Shown: positions 20,972 to 30,483 of the stretch, one piece after another
Layout: each line of letters opens with the position of its first letter
How positions within the stretch are numbered: the stretch's first letter is position 1
IMG/VR virus record: IMGVR_UViG_3300042261_001312
Coordinates: 124,001-188,000 of that record
Length of the DNA: 64,000 nucleotides
Strand: one strand, 5' to 3'
Made by a program: the position numbers and the translations under genes
Notes under the pieces: generated by a model
What the model was told of the DNA's origin: nothing
Seen by the model: the letters and a program-made list of their open reading frames with translations, nothing else
Database searches by the model: none

Positions 20972-21151
20972 ATGGAAAATAATGTAGAAAAAGCACTTAA
21001 TAATTTCATTGGAACTTCGGAAGAAGAAGAAATGAATAAGTCTGAAAACGTAAAAAAACAAGTATTAACCCCTAGAGGTGAACTTATTGAACGTGTTGAC
21101 AAAATTTTTGTTACACAAGATGGTCGTCAATTATTAAGAGAGCAGTATTAA
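20972..21151 (+). CDS. Small hypothetical protein
   Basis: ATG 20972 follows GTATTTAT at 20943; MENNVEKALNNF...GRQLLREQY. Confidence 0.6.
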   Translation: MENNVEKALNNFIGTSEEEEMNKSENVKKQVLTPRGELIERVDKIFVTQDGRQLLREQY

Positions 21152-21164
21152 TAACATTCGTTTA

Positions 21165-22235
21165 ATGGAAAATAAAGAAAAATCGAAACTTTTTGAGGAA
21201 CAACTCAGGAAGTTTAAATATCGTGTTGATTATAGGGTAAATGAATCACCTAGATATCGTCCTTTAGTTGGGGAAGATGAAGAATTTGACGAAATTCCTA
21301 AAGTAACAAATGAAGCAGGTGAAGAAGAAGATGCACCAAAGCCAGAAGGCACAGTACCACCTGAACCAACAGTTGGTGTACCTGCAGGTGTAGATGCAGA
21401 ACCTCCAGTACCTGCATTTGATGATGCAGGAGTACCCCCTGAAGGTGATATGGGAGCACCAGCACCCGTCAATCCAGAACCGCAAGTTGATGAAATTCAG
21501 AATGAAATCATCAAGCACAATATTGAGGCAATGAAAAATATTCATAGTCAATTAGAAAATCTCAATAATGTGGTACAAGGATTGAATTCTAAATTTGAGA
21601 CACTAAATGCTGATGTTGAGGAAGTTCGTGAACCCACTAACACTGAAAAACTCATGAATAAATCAAAAGTATCATATCCATATTATTTTAATTTAAATGA
21701 TTTGTGGTCTGATAACTGGTTTAATCAACAAAGAGAAAATGCACAGGAGAAGGGAATTAAAGAACTACCTGATGGTACATTTATTGCCGATTTTGATGAT
21801 TTACCACAGAAATCCAAAATTGATATTCAAAACAGTTTCAATGAAATAAGTGAATCTGTAAAAAAAAAGAATGTTAACGAAGAATTAGAACCTGCTGCAA
21901 AGTCTGAGATTGATGGTGTTTCTGATAAGAAAATAGCAATTAATAAAATCTACAGAAGAGTAGAACCATTAACACGTGGTTTCTTTAGTGACAGTTCTTG
22001 GCAAAATGTTCATAAAATTTTTAAAGAATTTGAGAACATGGGTCTTGATTGGTACGTAGATAAAGCAGAATATGATGGTTCTATGCCACCACAGAGAAAG
22101 ACTTGGTATTTTGGAATTGATTTCGTTGATAAAATGGGTAAACCAAAACAAATTAGAGGCACATTAACTGCTGCTGGTGCTGGAACTACAGAAGACCCAT
22201 TAAGCAGATATGATATTTCATTGGTAATGTATTAA
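21165..22235 (+). CDS. Putative head/scaffold-associated protein
   Basis: Pro/acidic linker, coiled coil, several (V/I/F)NE-type sites. Confidence 0.5.
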   Translation: MENKEKSKLFEEQLRKFKYRVDYRVNESPRYRPLVGEDEEFDEIPKVTNEAGEEEDAPKPEGTVPPEPTVGVPAGVDAEPPVPAFDDAGVPPEGDMGAPAPVNPEPQVDEIQNEIIKHNIEAMKNIHSQLENLNNVVQGLNSKFETLNADVEEVREPTNTEKLMNKSKVSYPYYFNLNDLWSDNWFNQQRENAQEKGIKELPDGTFIADFDDLPQKSKIDIQNSFNEISESVKKKNVNEELEPAAKSEIDGVSDKKIAINKIYRRVEPLTRGFFSDSSWQNVHKIFKEFENMGLDWYVDKAEYDGSMPPQRKTWYFGIDFVDKMGKPKQIRGTLTAAGAGTTEDPLSRYDISLVMY

Positions 22236-22237
22236 TT

Positions 22238-22681
22238 ATGAAAGTATTTCATCCACATGGCACAAAAGAAAGACTCTTTGAAATGATGAAAAGAGTTGGC
22301 AAACTTAATGAACAAGTTCTTCCAATAGAAAAAAAGGCAGAAATTGTTAACAAGTTTGTTGGCTTTGTTGATGGAAAACTTGATTTTGATGATGTTCCAA
22401 TGGTCAAATTATCATTTGATGAAACAGATGCACAGAAAAATAAATCTTTTGGTAGATATAATCCAGCAACAAATGAAATTGTAGTTGTTGCGGTAAATAG
22501 AAATTTGGCAGATGTATTAAGAACAATTGCTCATGAATTAGTACATTACAAACAAAATAAAATGGGTAAATTAAATATAAATTCTGGTAAGACGGGAAGT
22601 ACTGAAGAAAATCAAGCAAATGCGCTTGCTGGTATCCTTATGAGAGAATTTGGTCAATTATATCCTGAAATATTCGAATAA
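22238..22681 (+). CDS. HExxH zinc metallopeptidase-like protein
   Basis: LRTIAHELVHYKQ...ENQANA. N-terminus shared with the next gene. Confidence 0.65.
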   Translation: MKVFHPHGTKERLFEMMKRVGKLNEQVLPIEKKAEIVNKFVGFVDGKLDFDDVPMVKLSFDETDAQKNKSFGRYNPATNEIVVVAVNRNLADVLRTIAHELVHYKQNKMGKLNINSGKTGSTEENQANALAGILMREFGQLYPEIFE

Positions 22682-22692
22682 AAAAATAGATC

Positions 22693-24246
22693 ATGAAAAT
22701 ATACAATTCAATAGGCAGTAAAGACAGACTTTTCGAAATGATGAGAAATGTCAATAAAATGCAATTAAATGAAGAAGTTTTTGAAACAAATAATATTATT
22801 TTGCATTCATTCGAAGAATTAAAAAACGGTAATTTAAGAGTACAAAAGACAAATACTTTAACAAGTGGCAACGATACGTTTGTTGAAATTGTTGGTGTTG
22901 ATGGTCGTGGAAATACAATTACATTCAGATTCAAGGTTACTGCCACAGAAAGTGATCAAGATGGAGTATATGATATTAATACAGCAACATTGATGGATTT
23001 TAATTCCAAAGATTATCAGGCTGATGAAAATACTGATGAAGTTAGAAGATTTAATAATGAATTTTCTCAAGAAATTGTTGATGTCGTTAGTAATTATGTT
23101 GACTTTGAAGATGAAACGCCTGAAATTGACGAAGAATACTTAGAAGCAGCGAAAAAAATCGATTCATATCCATTCGGCGGCACTCCAAGACCTATGCAAA
23201 CTCCAAAAGCATATGCAAATGAAAAACCCACTAATCCAAAAGTACGAGTAAAAGCACCTGAATTAGATGATGAAGATAAATATGTGCTAGGTGAGATGCA
23301 AACTGGTAAAGCATATGCTGACGAAAAGCCAACAAATCCTGCAGTTAGAGTTAAATCGCCTGAATTGGATAAATATGTTGACGAAGAAAAATCAGTTGTT
23401 GGAAATGAGCCTGATAATAAAATTAAAATTATTACAACTGCAATTAATAATTTAACAACACAAGGAAAGTCTAAAGAAAGTATAACAACAAGTGATGTTA
23501 ATGGTGAAATCCAAAGAATGTTAAGTGGTGGTGAAGCAAAACTTGGAGAATCTTTAGCGGATACAACGGCACAACGTTATGTGAAAAAAAGACCACTTGG
23601 CGAAAAACTTAAAGCAATTGAATTTGCAAAAACACTTGTGGATAAAAAATTGGCAGCATCTGGTATAAGTATTGAAGATATTTCATATGAAAGATATGCC
23701 GAATTGGTTAGAATCGCAGCAAATCGAATACTCACCAGAAGTTTAGCATCAATGAATGAAGATGAAAAAGAAGATGATGGAATGTCATTTGAACCACAAG
23801 GTGATGAAGTTGAGCAAGTTGCACAAGATAGAGAAATGGAAGTTGGAAGCGAAGAAGAATCTCCATTAGAATATGATCCAGATCAAATTTTGGCAGGATT
23901 AAAGATCGAAATGGAAGAAAATCCAGACCCAATGGAAGCATTGGAAGTTGTTATGGCTAATTTGGAAGAAGACCCTGAATACTACGATGTTAGTGAGGAA
24001 GAACCCGAAGAAGAAGAAATCGAAGATGATGAGATCGAAACCGAAGAAGAACCAGAAGGTGAAGAAACTGAAGACGACGAAGAAGACTTTGAAGTTGATA
24101 AAATAGATAATGTTGATACTAATGACGTTGAGGATGATAATATCGAAGTTGATAATGTTGATAATCCTGATGATGATAAAGAAATGACAGATATTTTACT
24201 TGGATATAAGTCAAAAAACGTTGGTGATGATGTAGAAGAAGACTAA
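22693..24246 (+). CDS. Acidic putative internal head protein with internal repeat
   Basis: N-terminal GSKDRLFEMM..V..LNE; two copies of MQT.KAYA.EKPTNP.VRVK.PELD; very acidic C-terminus. Confidence 0.55.
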   Translation: MKIYNSIGSKDRLFEMMRNVNKMQLNEEVFETNNIILHSFEELKNGNLRVQKTNTLTSGNDTFVEIVGVDGRGNTITFRFKVTATESDQDGVYDINTATLMDFNSKDYQADENTDEVRRFNNEFSQEIVDVVSNYVDFEDETPEIDEEYLEAAKKIDSYPFGGTPRPMQTPKAYANEKPTNPKVRVKAPELDDEDKYVLGEMQTGKAYADEKPTNPAVRVKSPELDKYVDEEKSVVGNEPDNKIKIITTAINNLTTQGKSKESITTSDVNGEIQRMLSGGEAKLGESLADTTAQRYVKKRPLGEKLKAIEFAKTLVDKKLAASGISIEDISYERYAELVRIAANRILTRSLASMNEDEKEDDGMSFEPQGDEVEQVAQDREMEVGSEEESPLEYDPDQILAGLKIEMEENPDPMEALEVVMANLEEDPEYYDVSEEEPEEEEIEDDEIETEEEPEGEETEDDEEDFEVDKIDNVDTNDVEDDNIEVDNVDNPDDDKEMTDILLGYKSKNVGDDVEED

Positions 24247-24268
24247 ATAATTAAAATATTCTTCATAT

Positions 24269-24293
24269 AAAAGACTACCTTGTGTAGTCTTTT
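24269..24293 (+). terminator. Intrinsic terminator
   Basis: AAAAGACTAC-cttgt-GTAGTCTTTT followed by a T-rich tract. Confidence 0.6.
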
Positions 24294-24328
24294 CTGTTTT
24301 ATGGGTATTTATAGTAAAAGAACGTAAG

Positions 24329-25774
24329 ATGTCAATTTTTAGGTCATATTTTTTAAAGAACAATACGTTGATAGATAATAATCTAACCAACAATTCGCAA
24401 AATCCAGTTACTGAAATATCGTATGGTACATTCAATAAACAGGTGAGCAGATTCATATTTGACGTTGATTTAAGTAATTTGCAAAATAAAATAGCAAACG
24501 GCTTTATTAATCCAAATAGAATTGTTAAGCACGTATTACATATGACCAATACAATTAGATATGCACAAGAATATATTGGAAAAAAATCATATACATTAAA
24601 TATCGATAGAGCAACTAGTTTTGATTTAGATGTATTCAACATTAATCAAGATTGGGATGAAGGTGGTGGTTATGATTTTGTTTTTGACAATACTGTATAT
24701 CCATATGTTGACATCGTTGACAACCCCAACATAAATCAGCAAGCAGCGAATTGGTTTTACAGAAAAACCACAGATACTTGGGACGTTTATGGAGCATATT
24801 CCAGCGGAGATACTCAAATTATTGGAACACAAAGATTTGAAAAAGGCAGTGAAAATCTCGAAATTGACGTAACTGATTATATCAACCAAAGACTATTTGG
24901 AACTGGTTATACTGGAACATCGGCATATACTGGCAATTCATTTGGATTGGGAGTTAAATTTGCTGACATATATGAACAACTCGATCCAGAATTCAGACAA
25001 GCAGTTGCGTTTCATGCAAAAAAGACCAATACATTTTATGAACCATATATTGAAACAATAATTGACGACACAATTACTGATGATAGAAATTATTTTTATC
25101 TAGATAAAGATAATGACTTATACCTATACGTAAATATCGGACAATTTCAACAAAATATTACTGTAAATAGTGTAAATATTTATGATTATGAAGATGTTTT
25201 AATTCAAACATTAAGTGGTGACTCAATTATTAATGTGGGTAAGGGAATTTATAAAATAACGTTGAATATTAATTCAGCAATGTACCCAGATGCCGTTTTA
25301 TTTAGAGATGAATGGCAATTAATTGTTAATGGTAGAAGCACTTCATATAGTGGTGAATTTTATTTAATTTCTCAAGATAAATATTATACTTTTAATCAAT
25401 CGAATCAGATTGATTTTAATAATTATTTCTTCTATTTCTGGGGAATTAGCGAAAAAGAGAATGTAAGTGCAGGTGTTGTTAGAAAAATAAAACTAACAAT
25501 AAAAGAATTATATGCAAATCAAAATAATTTCCTACCTTTGGACATTGAATATAGACTATTCACAACAGTAGGTGAAAAATATGAAATTGACATAATTCCA
25601 TTTACTGCCGTAAATAGAACAAATACTGGATATGAATTTAATCTTGATGCATCATGGTTAATACCTCAAGATTATTATTTACAAATTAGATTGAAAAATG
25701 GAAATTATTATGAAAATAAGCAAACATTGTCATTCACAGTAGTTAGTGACGGAAATGTATTATTTAATCAATAA
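24329..25774 (+). CDS. Hypothetical, probably virion structural protein
   Basis: 481 aa, beta-rich aromatic composition, preceded by GTATTTATA. Confidence 0.55.
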   Translation: MSIFRSYFLKNNTLIDNNLTNNSQNPVTEISYGTFNKQVSRFIFDVDLSNLQNKIANGFINPNRIVKHVLHMTNTIRYAQEYIGKKSYTLNIDRATSFDLDVFNINQDWDEGGGYDFVFDNTVYPYVDIVDNPNINQQAANWFYRKTTDTWDVYGAYSSGDTQIIGTQRFEKGSENLEIDVTDYINQRLFGTGYTGTSAYTGNSFGLGVKFADIYEQLDPEFRQAVAFHAKKTNTFYEPYIETIIDDTITDDRNYFYLDKDNDLYLYVNIGQFQQNITVNSVNIYDYEDVLIQTLSGDSIINVGKGIYKITLNINSAMYPDAVLFRDEWQLIVNGRSTSYSGEFYLISQDKYYTFNQSNQIDFNNYFFYFWGISEKENVSAGVVRKIKLTIKELYANQNNFLPLDIEYRLFTTVGEKYEIDIIPFTAVNRTNTGYEFNLDASWLIPQDYYLQIRLKNGNYYENKQTLSFTVVSDGNVLFNQ

Positions 25775-25808
25775 TACATTTAATTTTTACTGAAAATTTT
25801 AAAAACTC

Positions 25809-25839
25809 TTGTATTTATAGAAAATGTAGGCTATATTTG
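25809..25839 (+). promoter_or_regulatory. Bacteroidota-type promoter of the replication module
   Basis: TTG-N20-TATATTTG; overlaps a GTATTTATA motif at 25811. Confidence 0.65.
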
Positions 25840-25889
25840 TAGCACAATTATATAATTGAAAATAATTTAAAACTGTAATTTTTATTAAA

Positions 25890-27119
25890 ATGGAAAATCA
25901 AAATGTAAACATGACAAATGCCCAAGGTGGTGATTTGTCAGACTTGAAAAAAATGTTTAGCGACTTTCAGAAGAAACAATCTCAGTCTGGGTCAGGTAAC
26001 AGAAAAACACGTGAGGACATCTTAGCAAAGTATTTCGTTCCTCGTAAATCAAAAGAACTTTTCAGGATTTTGCCCCCAAAGGGAAACAAGAAACACATTG
26101 AAGAAGCATTCTTCCATGTAGTTACTACTAACGCTGCTGGTGGTAAGAAAAAACACGGCACTGTTGTTTATTGTCCTGCACATAATGATCCAAAAGTAAA
26201 AAAATTGGATGTTAATGGCAATCCGATTTTGGATGCATCAGGCAATCCTGTTATGATTCCTGCACCATGTCCTTTATGTGCAAAACACAAAAAATTGCTT
26301 GCACAGCAAGACCAATCTTTAAAGGGCATTAAAAAAGAGAATATGACCGATGCACAATTGAAAATTAAGGCAAAAAATGATGAAATCTATAAAGAGGCAG
26401 TCAAATGGGAAGCCAAAAAATTCTACATTGTTCGTGGTATCGACAAAGGTGCAGAAAAAGATGGTGTTAAGTTCTGGAGATTTAAACACAACTACAAAAA
26501 TCAGGGAACACTTGATAAGTTGCTTCCAATATTACAAGAATATATGGAATCACAACAAGCAGACTTTTCAAGTCCTGTAAATGGTACTGATTTAAGTATC
26601 ATTATGACTGACAGTGAATTTAATGGTCACGTCTACAAAACAATTTCCGCAATTACTTTCCGTGGAAAATCACAACTTCATAGCGACCCGCTTGTTGCAA
26701 GACAGTGGCTTGATGATGATATTACATGGAGAGACGTTTTCTTGCCAAAGAAAGCACCGAATATTACGCCTTATGAATTCCTTGAAATGGTTGCAAATGG
26801 TACAAATCCGTATTGGGATGATACTGATTCGAACAACAAACATTGGGTATTCCCGGGTCGTCCTGATTTGGAAGAAGCCGCAAACACTCGTAATCGTAAC
26901 CTTGATCCCGATGAGGATGAAGACTTCGAACAAGCATCAGACCTTGATGAAGAATATCCAAGGGTTACAATCAGCAACATTACTGAATCAAAAGTAGGTA
27001 CATACCAAGATGATGCATCTGATTTAGGCGCAGAGATATTGGCTTCAAGTAATACCACTAACGATACCACTGATGAAGTTGGTGAAGATAGTGAAAATTA
27101 CGATGATCTGCCCTTCTAA
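25890..27119 (+). CDS. T4 gp32-like single-stranded DNA-binding protein
   Basis: FRILPP, YCPAH...CPLC zinc site, KFWRF, GTDL; acidic tail ending DDLPF. Confidence 0.75.
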   Translation: MENQNVNMTNAQGGDLSDLKKMFSDFQKKQSQSGSGNRKTREDILAKYFVPRKSKELFRILPPKGNKKHIEEAFFHVVTTNAAGGKKKHGTVVYCPAHNDPKVKKLDVNGNPILDASGNPVMIPAPCPLCAKHKKLLAQQDQSLKGIKKENMTDAQLKIKAKNDEIYKEAVKWEAKKFYIVRGIDKGAEKDGVKFWRFKHNYKNQGTLDKLLPILQEYMESQQADFSSPVNGTDLSIIMTDSEFNGHVYKTISAITFRGKSQLHSDPLVARQWLDDDITWRDVFLPKKAPNITPYEFLEMVANGTNPYWDDTDSNNKHWVFPGRPDLEEAANTRNRNLDPDEDEDFEQASDLDEEYPRVTISNITESKVGTYQDDASDLGAEILASSNTTNDTTDEVGEDSENYDDLPF

Positions 27120-27141
27120 AAAGGGTTAAAAATTACACCAA

Positions 27142-27496
27142 TAAGGGGAAATGATTTGTTTTGAGAAACATTATAAGAAATGATGGCGATGTTTGCCCAC
27201 AATGTAAAACTAGAAAACTACGTTATAAAGGAACTCATAAAGATGGTACACGTAGATATGGTAATACATGTGAGTATTGTCACCGTAATGCATATTCTAA
27301 ATTTAAAGAAGATAGATGTAATATTTGCGGATTCATACCTGTCGATAAATGTCAATTAGATGTTGACCACATTGACGGGAATCACAAAAAACGACAATCC
27401 TACTAATTTACAAACAATATGTGCAAATTGTCATAGGCTTAAAAGTAAGTTAGATAGATTGGGTAAGAAATCTCAAAAGTAAATCATTTCCCCTTA
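27142..27496. repeat. Perfect 16-bp inverted repeat flanking the HNH ORF
   Basis: TAAGGGGAAATGATTT (27142-27157) and AAATCATTTCCCCTTA (27481-27496). Confidence 0.9.
27161..27482 (+). pseudogene. Small HNH endonuclease interrupted by a +1 A-run frameshift
   Basis: CPQC, CEYC, CNIC...LDVDHIDGNHK. Removing one A from the A6 run at ~27386 continues NDNPTNLQTICANCHRLKS...* to 27482. Confidence 0.75.
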
Positions 27497-27513
27497 ATAA
27501 TATTAAAAAATTT

Positions 27514-28638
27514 ATGGCAAAAATAGAAGAAGTACCTTCAAACGATAAGGTACGTAAACCAACACCCAAAAAAACATTTTCGTTAGATAATTTCAAGAAA
27601 AAAATTGGGGGTGAGGATGTTCCAGATAAACCGCTTCAGTGGATTAAATTGTCCGAAGGATTTAAAAAAGCGACAGGACTACCCGGTTTTGCCAAAGGCT
27701 ACGTTAATCTTGCACGTGGTCACTCAAATACTGGAAAATCAACTGCAGTTTGTGAGGGAATTGTTGCTGCACAAAAAATGGGTGATTTTGTTATTATCAT
27801 TGATACTGAAAACAACCTTGGTAGAGACAGGTTGACCATGATGGGTTTTGATTGGAATGGTAATTATCTACATATTGATAATGAATATCTCCTTGAAAAC
27901 TTTGGAAAATTGCAAGATAAAGACAGGAAGGAAGCAGCCATTGAAGATATGGCAAAGTTCATGTATTATATCTTGGATTTACAAGATGGTGGAGAATTAC
28001 CATTCGATATCACATTTGCAATTGATTCAATTGGTACATTAAACTGTATTAAAACAGTTAATGCATTGGAAAAAGATGATTCACAAAATAACATGTGGAA
28101 TGCAGGTGCGTATGAAAAGGCATTTATGAACCTATTGAATAATACATTACCAAATAGTAGAAAAGTCAATAAACCATACACCAATACCTTAATTGCAGTT
28201 CAAAAGATTTGGATTGATAATATGAATCAAGGTGTTGTAAAACATAAAGGTGGTGAAACTTTCTATCTTGGTTCAAGATTAATATTCCATTTCGGTGGTA
28301 TCGTAAGTCACTCAACAAAAAGAGTAACTGCAACAAGTAAAAAACGTGAACTATCTTATGGTGTTGAAACTAAGATAAATGTGGCTAAAAACCACATTGA
28401 CGGACCGCTTGGTGGTATATCGATGGAAGGTAAAATTATTTCAACCCCACATGGTTTCATCTATCCTGATGATTTGGAAACATATAAGAAAGCAAATATT
28501 CTTTATTTCCGCAACTTATTTGAAGATAGTGGAATTGACGCTGATGAAATTGAAATGAAATTCAGAAATGTTGATGGAAATGGTAAAATTTCATTCAATG
28601 ATGACATTATTGAAAAAAGCGAAGAAAGTGATGATTGA
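27514..28638 (+). CDS. RecA/UvsX-like recombinase
   Basis: Walker A GHSNTGKST, IIDTEN, Walker B AIDSIG, GGETFY; in the replication module. Confidence 0.85.
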   Translation: MAKIEEVPSNDKVRKPTPKKTFSLDNFKKKIGGEDVPDKPLQWIKLSEGFKKATGLPGFAKGYVNLARGHSNTGKSTAVCEGIVAAQKMGDFVIIIDTENNLGRDRLTMMGFDWNGNYLHIDNEYLLENFGKLQDKDRKEAAIEDMAKFMYYILDLQDGGELPFDITFAIDSIGTLNCIKTVNALEKDDSQNNMWNAGAYEKAFMNLLNNTLPNSRKVNKPYTNTLIAVQKIWIDNMNQGVVKHKGGETFYLGSRLIFHFGGIVSHSTKRVTATSKKRELSYGVETKINVAKNHIDGPLGGISMEGKIISTPHGFIYPDDLETYKKANILYFRNLFEDSGIDADEIEMKFRNVDGNGKISFNDDIIEKSEESDD

Positions 28639-29690
28639 TGAAAACTAGAACACTATTGGTAGATTCATCTAATCTTTTGAAACGTTCATTTCACGGTGCA
28701 AAAGATGTATATACGACCAAATTTGGTCATATAGGGGGATTATATCAATTTTTAACTACCATCCGCAAGTTAATCAAAGAACATATGATAAATAAAGTCG
28801 TATTGGTCTGGGATGGCGAAGCGGGTGGTATTTATCGTCATCGTATCGATAAAGAGTATAAATCGAACAGAAAATCGAAAGAATGGTATAAGAAAATTGA
28901 AATGACTGCTGCGGAAATACGTAGAGAAGAAGAAAAAGAACAATCAATTTTGAAACAGAGAATGAGAATTCAGCAATATGCTGAAGAATTATTCATGAGA
29001 CAAATTGAGGTAGATAGTATTGAAGCAGACGATTTAATTGCACAGTATTGCTTAGACCATCACAACGATGAAGAAATATTGTTATATTCAAACGATAGAG
29101 ACTTTGCTCAATTATTGGATTTGAATATTACGATTTTATTCCCCAACATACATGAACCAGTGAATAAAACAAATTATATCATGCATTTCGATCATCATTA
29201 TTCAAATGCATTGACATTAAAAATAATTTGTGGCGATACTGCTGATAATATCAAAGGTATTGAGGGAATGGGTGAAAAAACATTACTGGAAAATTTTCCT
29301 GAATTAAAATTTAAGCACGTATCTGTAAGGGAAATTTGCAGAAGAGCAGATGAGATTAATAAAGAGAGGGTTGCAAACAAAAAGAAACCATTAAAATCAC
29401 TTGAAAATTTATTAAAAAGCATCAGCCGATTAATAACTAATTATAAATTAGTTAATCTACGTGAGCCAATGCTTAATGAAGAAGCAATTGATGAATTAAA
29501 GCAACTAGAAGTTCCTTTATCACCAGAAAATAGAGGGAGTAAAAATTTGTTGCCAATGATGACTGAGGATGGTTTTTTAACAGTATATAATAGTACATAT
29601 GTTCAATATATAGAGCCGTTTTATACAATAGTAATGCATGAAAAGCAATTACTTCAAGAATACATGAAGAAAAATAAAAATAGTTTGTAA
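28635..29690 (+). CDS. 5'-3' exonuclease / T4 RNase H-like flap nuclease
   Basis: LLVDSSN, VWDG, YKSNR, EADDLIA, SNDRDFAQL and GDTADNIKGIEGMGEKT motifs. Confidence 0.92.
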   Translation: MMKTRTLLVDSSNLLKRSFHGAKDVYTTKFGHIGGLYQFLTTIRKLIKEHMINKVVLVWDGEAGGIYRHRIDKEYKSNRKSKEWYKKIEMTAAEIRREEEKEQSILKQRMRIQQYAEELFMRQIEVDSIEADDLIAQYCLDHHNDEEILLYSNDRDFAQLLDLNITILFPNIHEPVNKTNYIMHFDHHYSNALTLKIICGDTADNIKGIEGMGEKTLLENFPELKFKHVSVREICRRADEINKERVANKKKPLKSLENLLKSISRLITNYKLVNLREPMLNEEAIDELKQLEVPLSPENRGSKNLLPMMTEDGFLTVYNSTYVQYIEPFYTIVMHEKQLLQEYMKKNKNSL

Positions 29691-29758
29691 AAACTCTTTC
29701 GTTTCTAGATAAGATGTGCTATATTTGTAATATTTACTAACAATTTAATTTTTATCAA

Positions 29759-30358
29759 ATGGTCGAAAAGGAATATAAAAACATGTTTAAGTTTTCCTTA
29801 TATCAGGAAGATGTTTTGTTGTGCGAAAACGTATTTGATGCAGATCAATTTAATCCGTTCACAAGGTACTCAATCGATATTAGGGAAATTTTACCTCGTG
29901 CAGTTACCAAGTTGCAAAAAACTCTTTCAAAGAAAAGTTATGATACCCAATTGAGTGAAGACTTTGATTTGTATCAATATCATCAAAGGATGATAAATTT
30001 ATATCCAGTTGAACTGAGAAGTTCAATGAGATATAATCCACAACCCTTTGTTCAACAAATCGAAGAGAAAACAATACGTGGCGTTGAAAACAAAATCGGT
30101 TTTTATATTAATGACAAACCGATTGTTGAAAGAACTTTTTATGTTGACGGGTTCAATCCTGTTGCAAGATGGTCGCTTGACATTGTTGATGCAGTAAATG
30201 AAATTAGCAACGCAATTTATCAACAAATCAAGAAAATTGATATTAAAAATATGTGGGATGATTATGATCTAATCAACACATATGGTTATTCAATTTCACA
30301 AATTCGTGAATTTGCTCCAGCAAAAAGAGAAGACTTGTTGAGAAGATTGAGTAAATAA
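29759..30358 (+). CDS. Hypothetical protein
   Basis: 199-aa ORF preceded by TATATTTG (29720-29727). Confidence 0.7.
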   Translation: MVEKEYKNMFKFSLYQEDVLLCENVFDADQFNPFTRYSIDIREILPRAVTKLQKTLSKKSYDTQLSEDFDLYQYHQRMINLYPVELRSSMRYNPQPFVQQIEEKTIRGVENKIGFYINDKPIVERTFYVDGFNPVARWSLDIVDAVNEISNAIYQQIKKIDIKNMWDDYDLINTYGYSISQIREFAPAKREDLLRRLSK

Positions 30359-30374
30359 ATTTATTCATCTTATT

Positions 30375-30452
30375 TTGGGTGGTTGTTACGCTGTAATTGT
30401 GTCTCTGATGTGTATTTAGTTTATAGTGTGTGATTTAGTAACAACCACCCAA
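30375..30452. repeat. Perfect 15-bp inverted repeat with 48-nt spacer upstream of the helicase
   Basis: TTGGGTGGTTGTTAC (30375-30389) and GTAACAACCACCCAA (30438-30452). Confidence 0.85.
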
Positions 30453-30483
30453 TTTTTCCATTAATTTTTTTAGTAATTTTGTA

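Noticed and set aside
27142-27496. IS element or MITE with terminal inverted repeats
   Set aside because: The enclosed ORF is an HNH nuclease, not a transposase, and no target-site duplication is evident. Kept as a hairpin-insertion finding instead.
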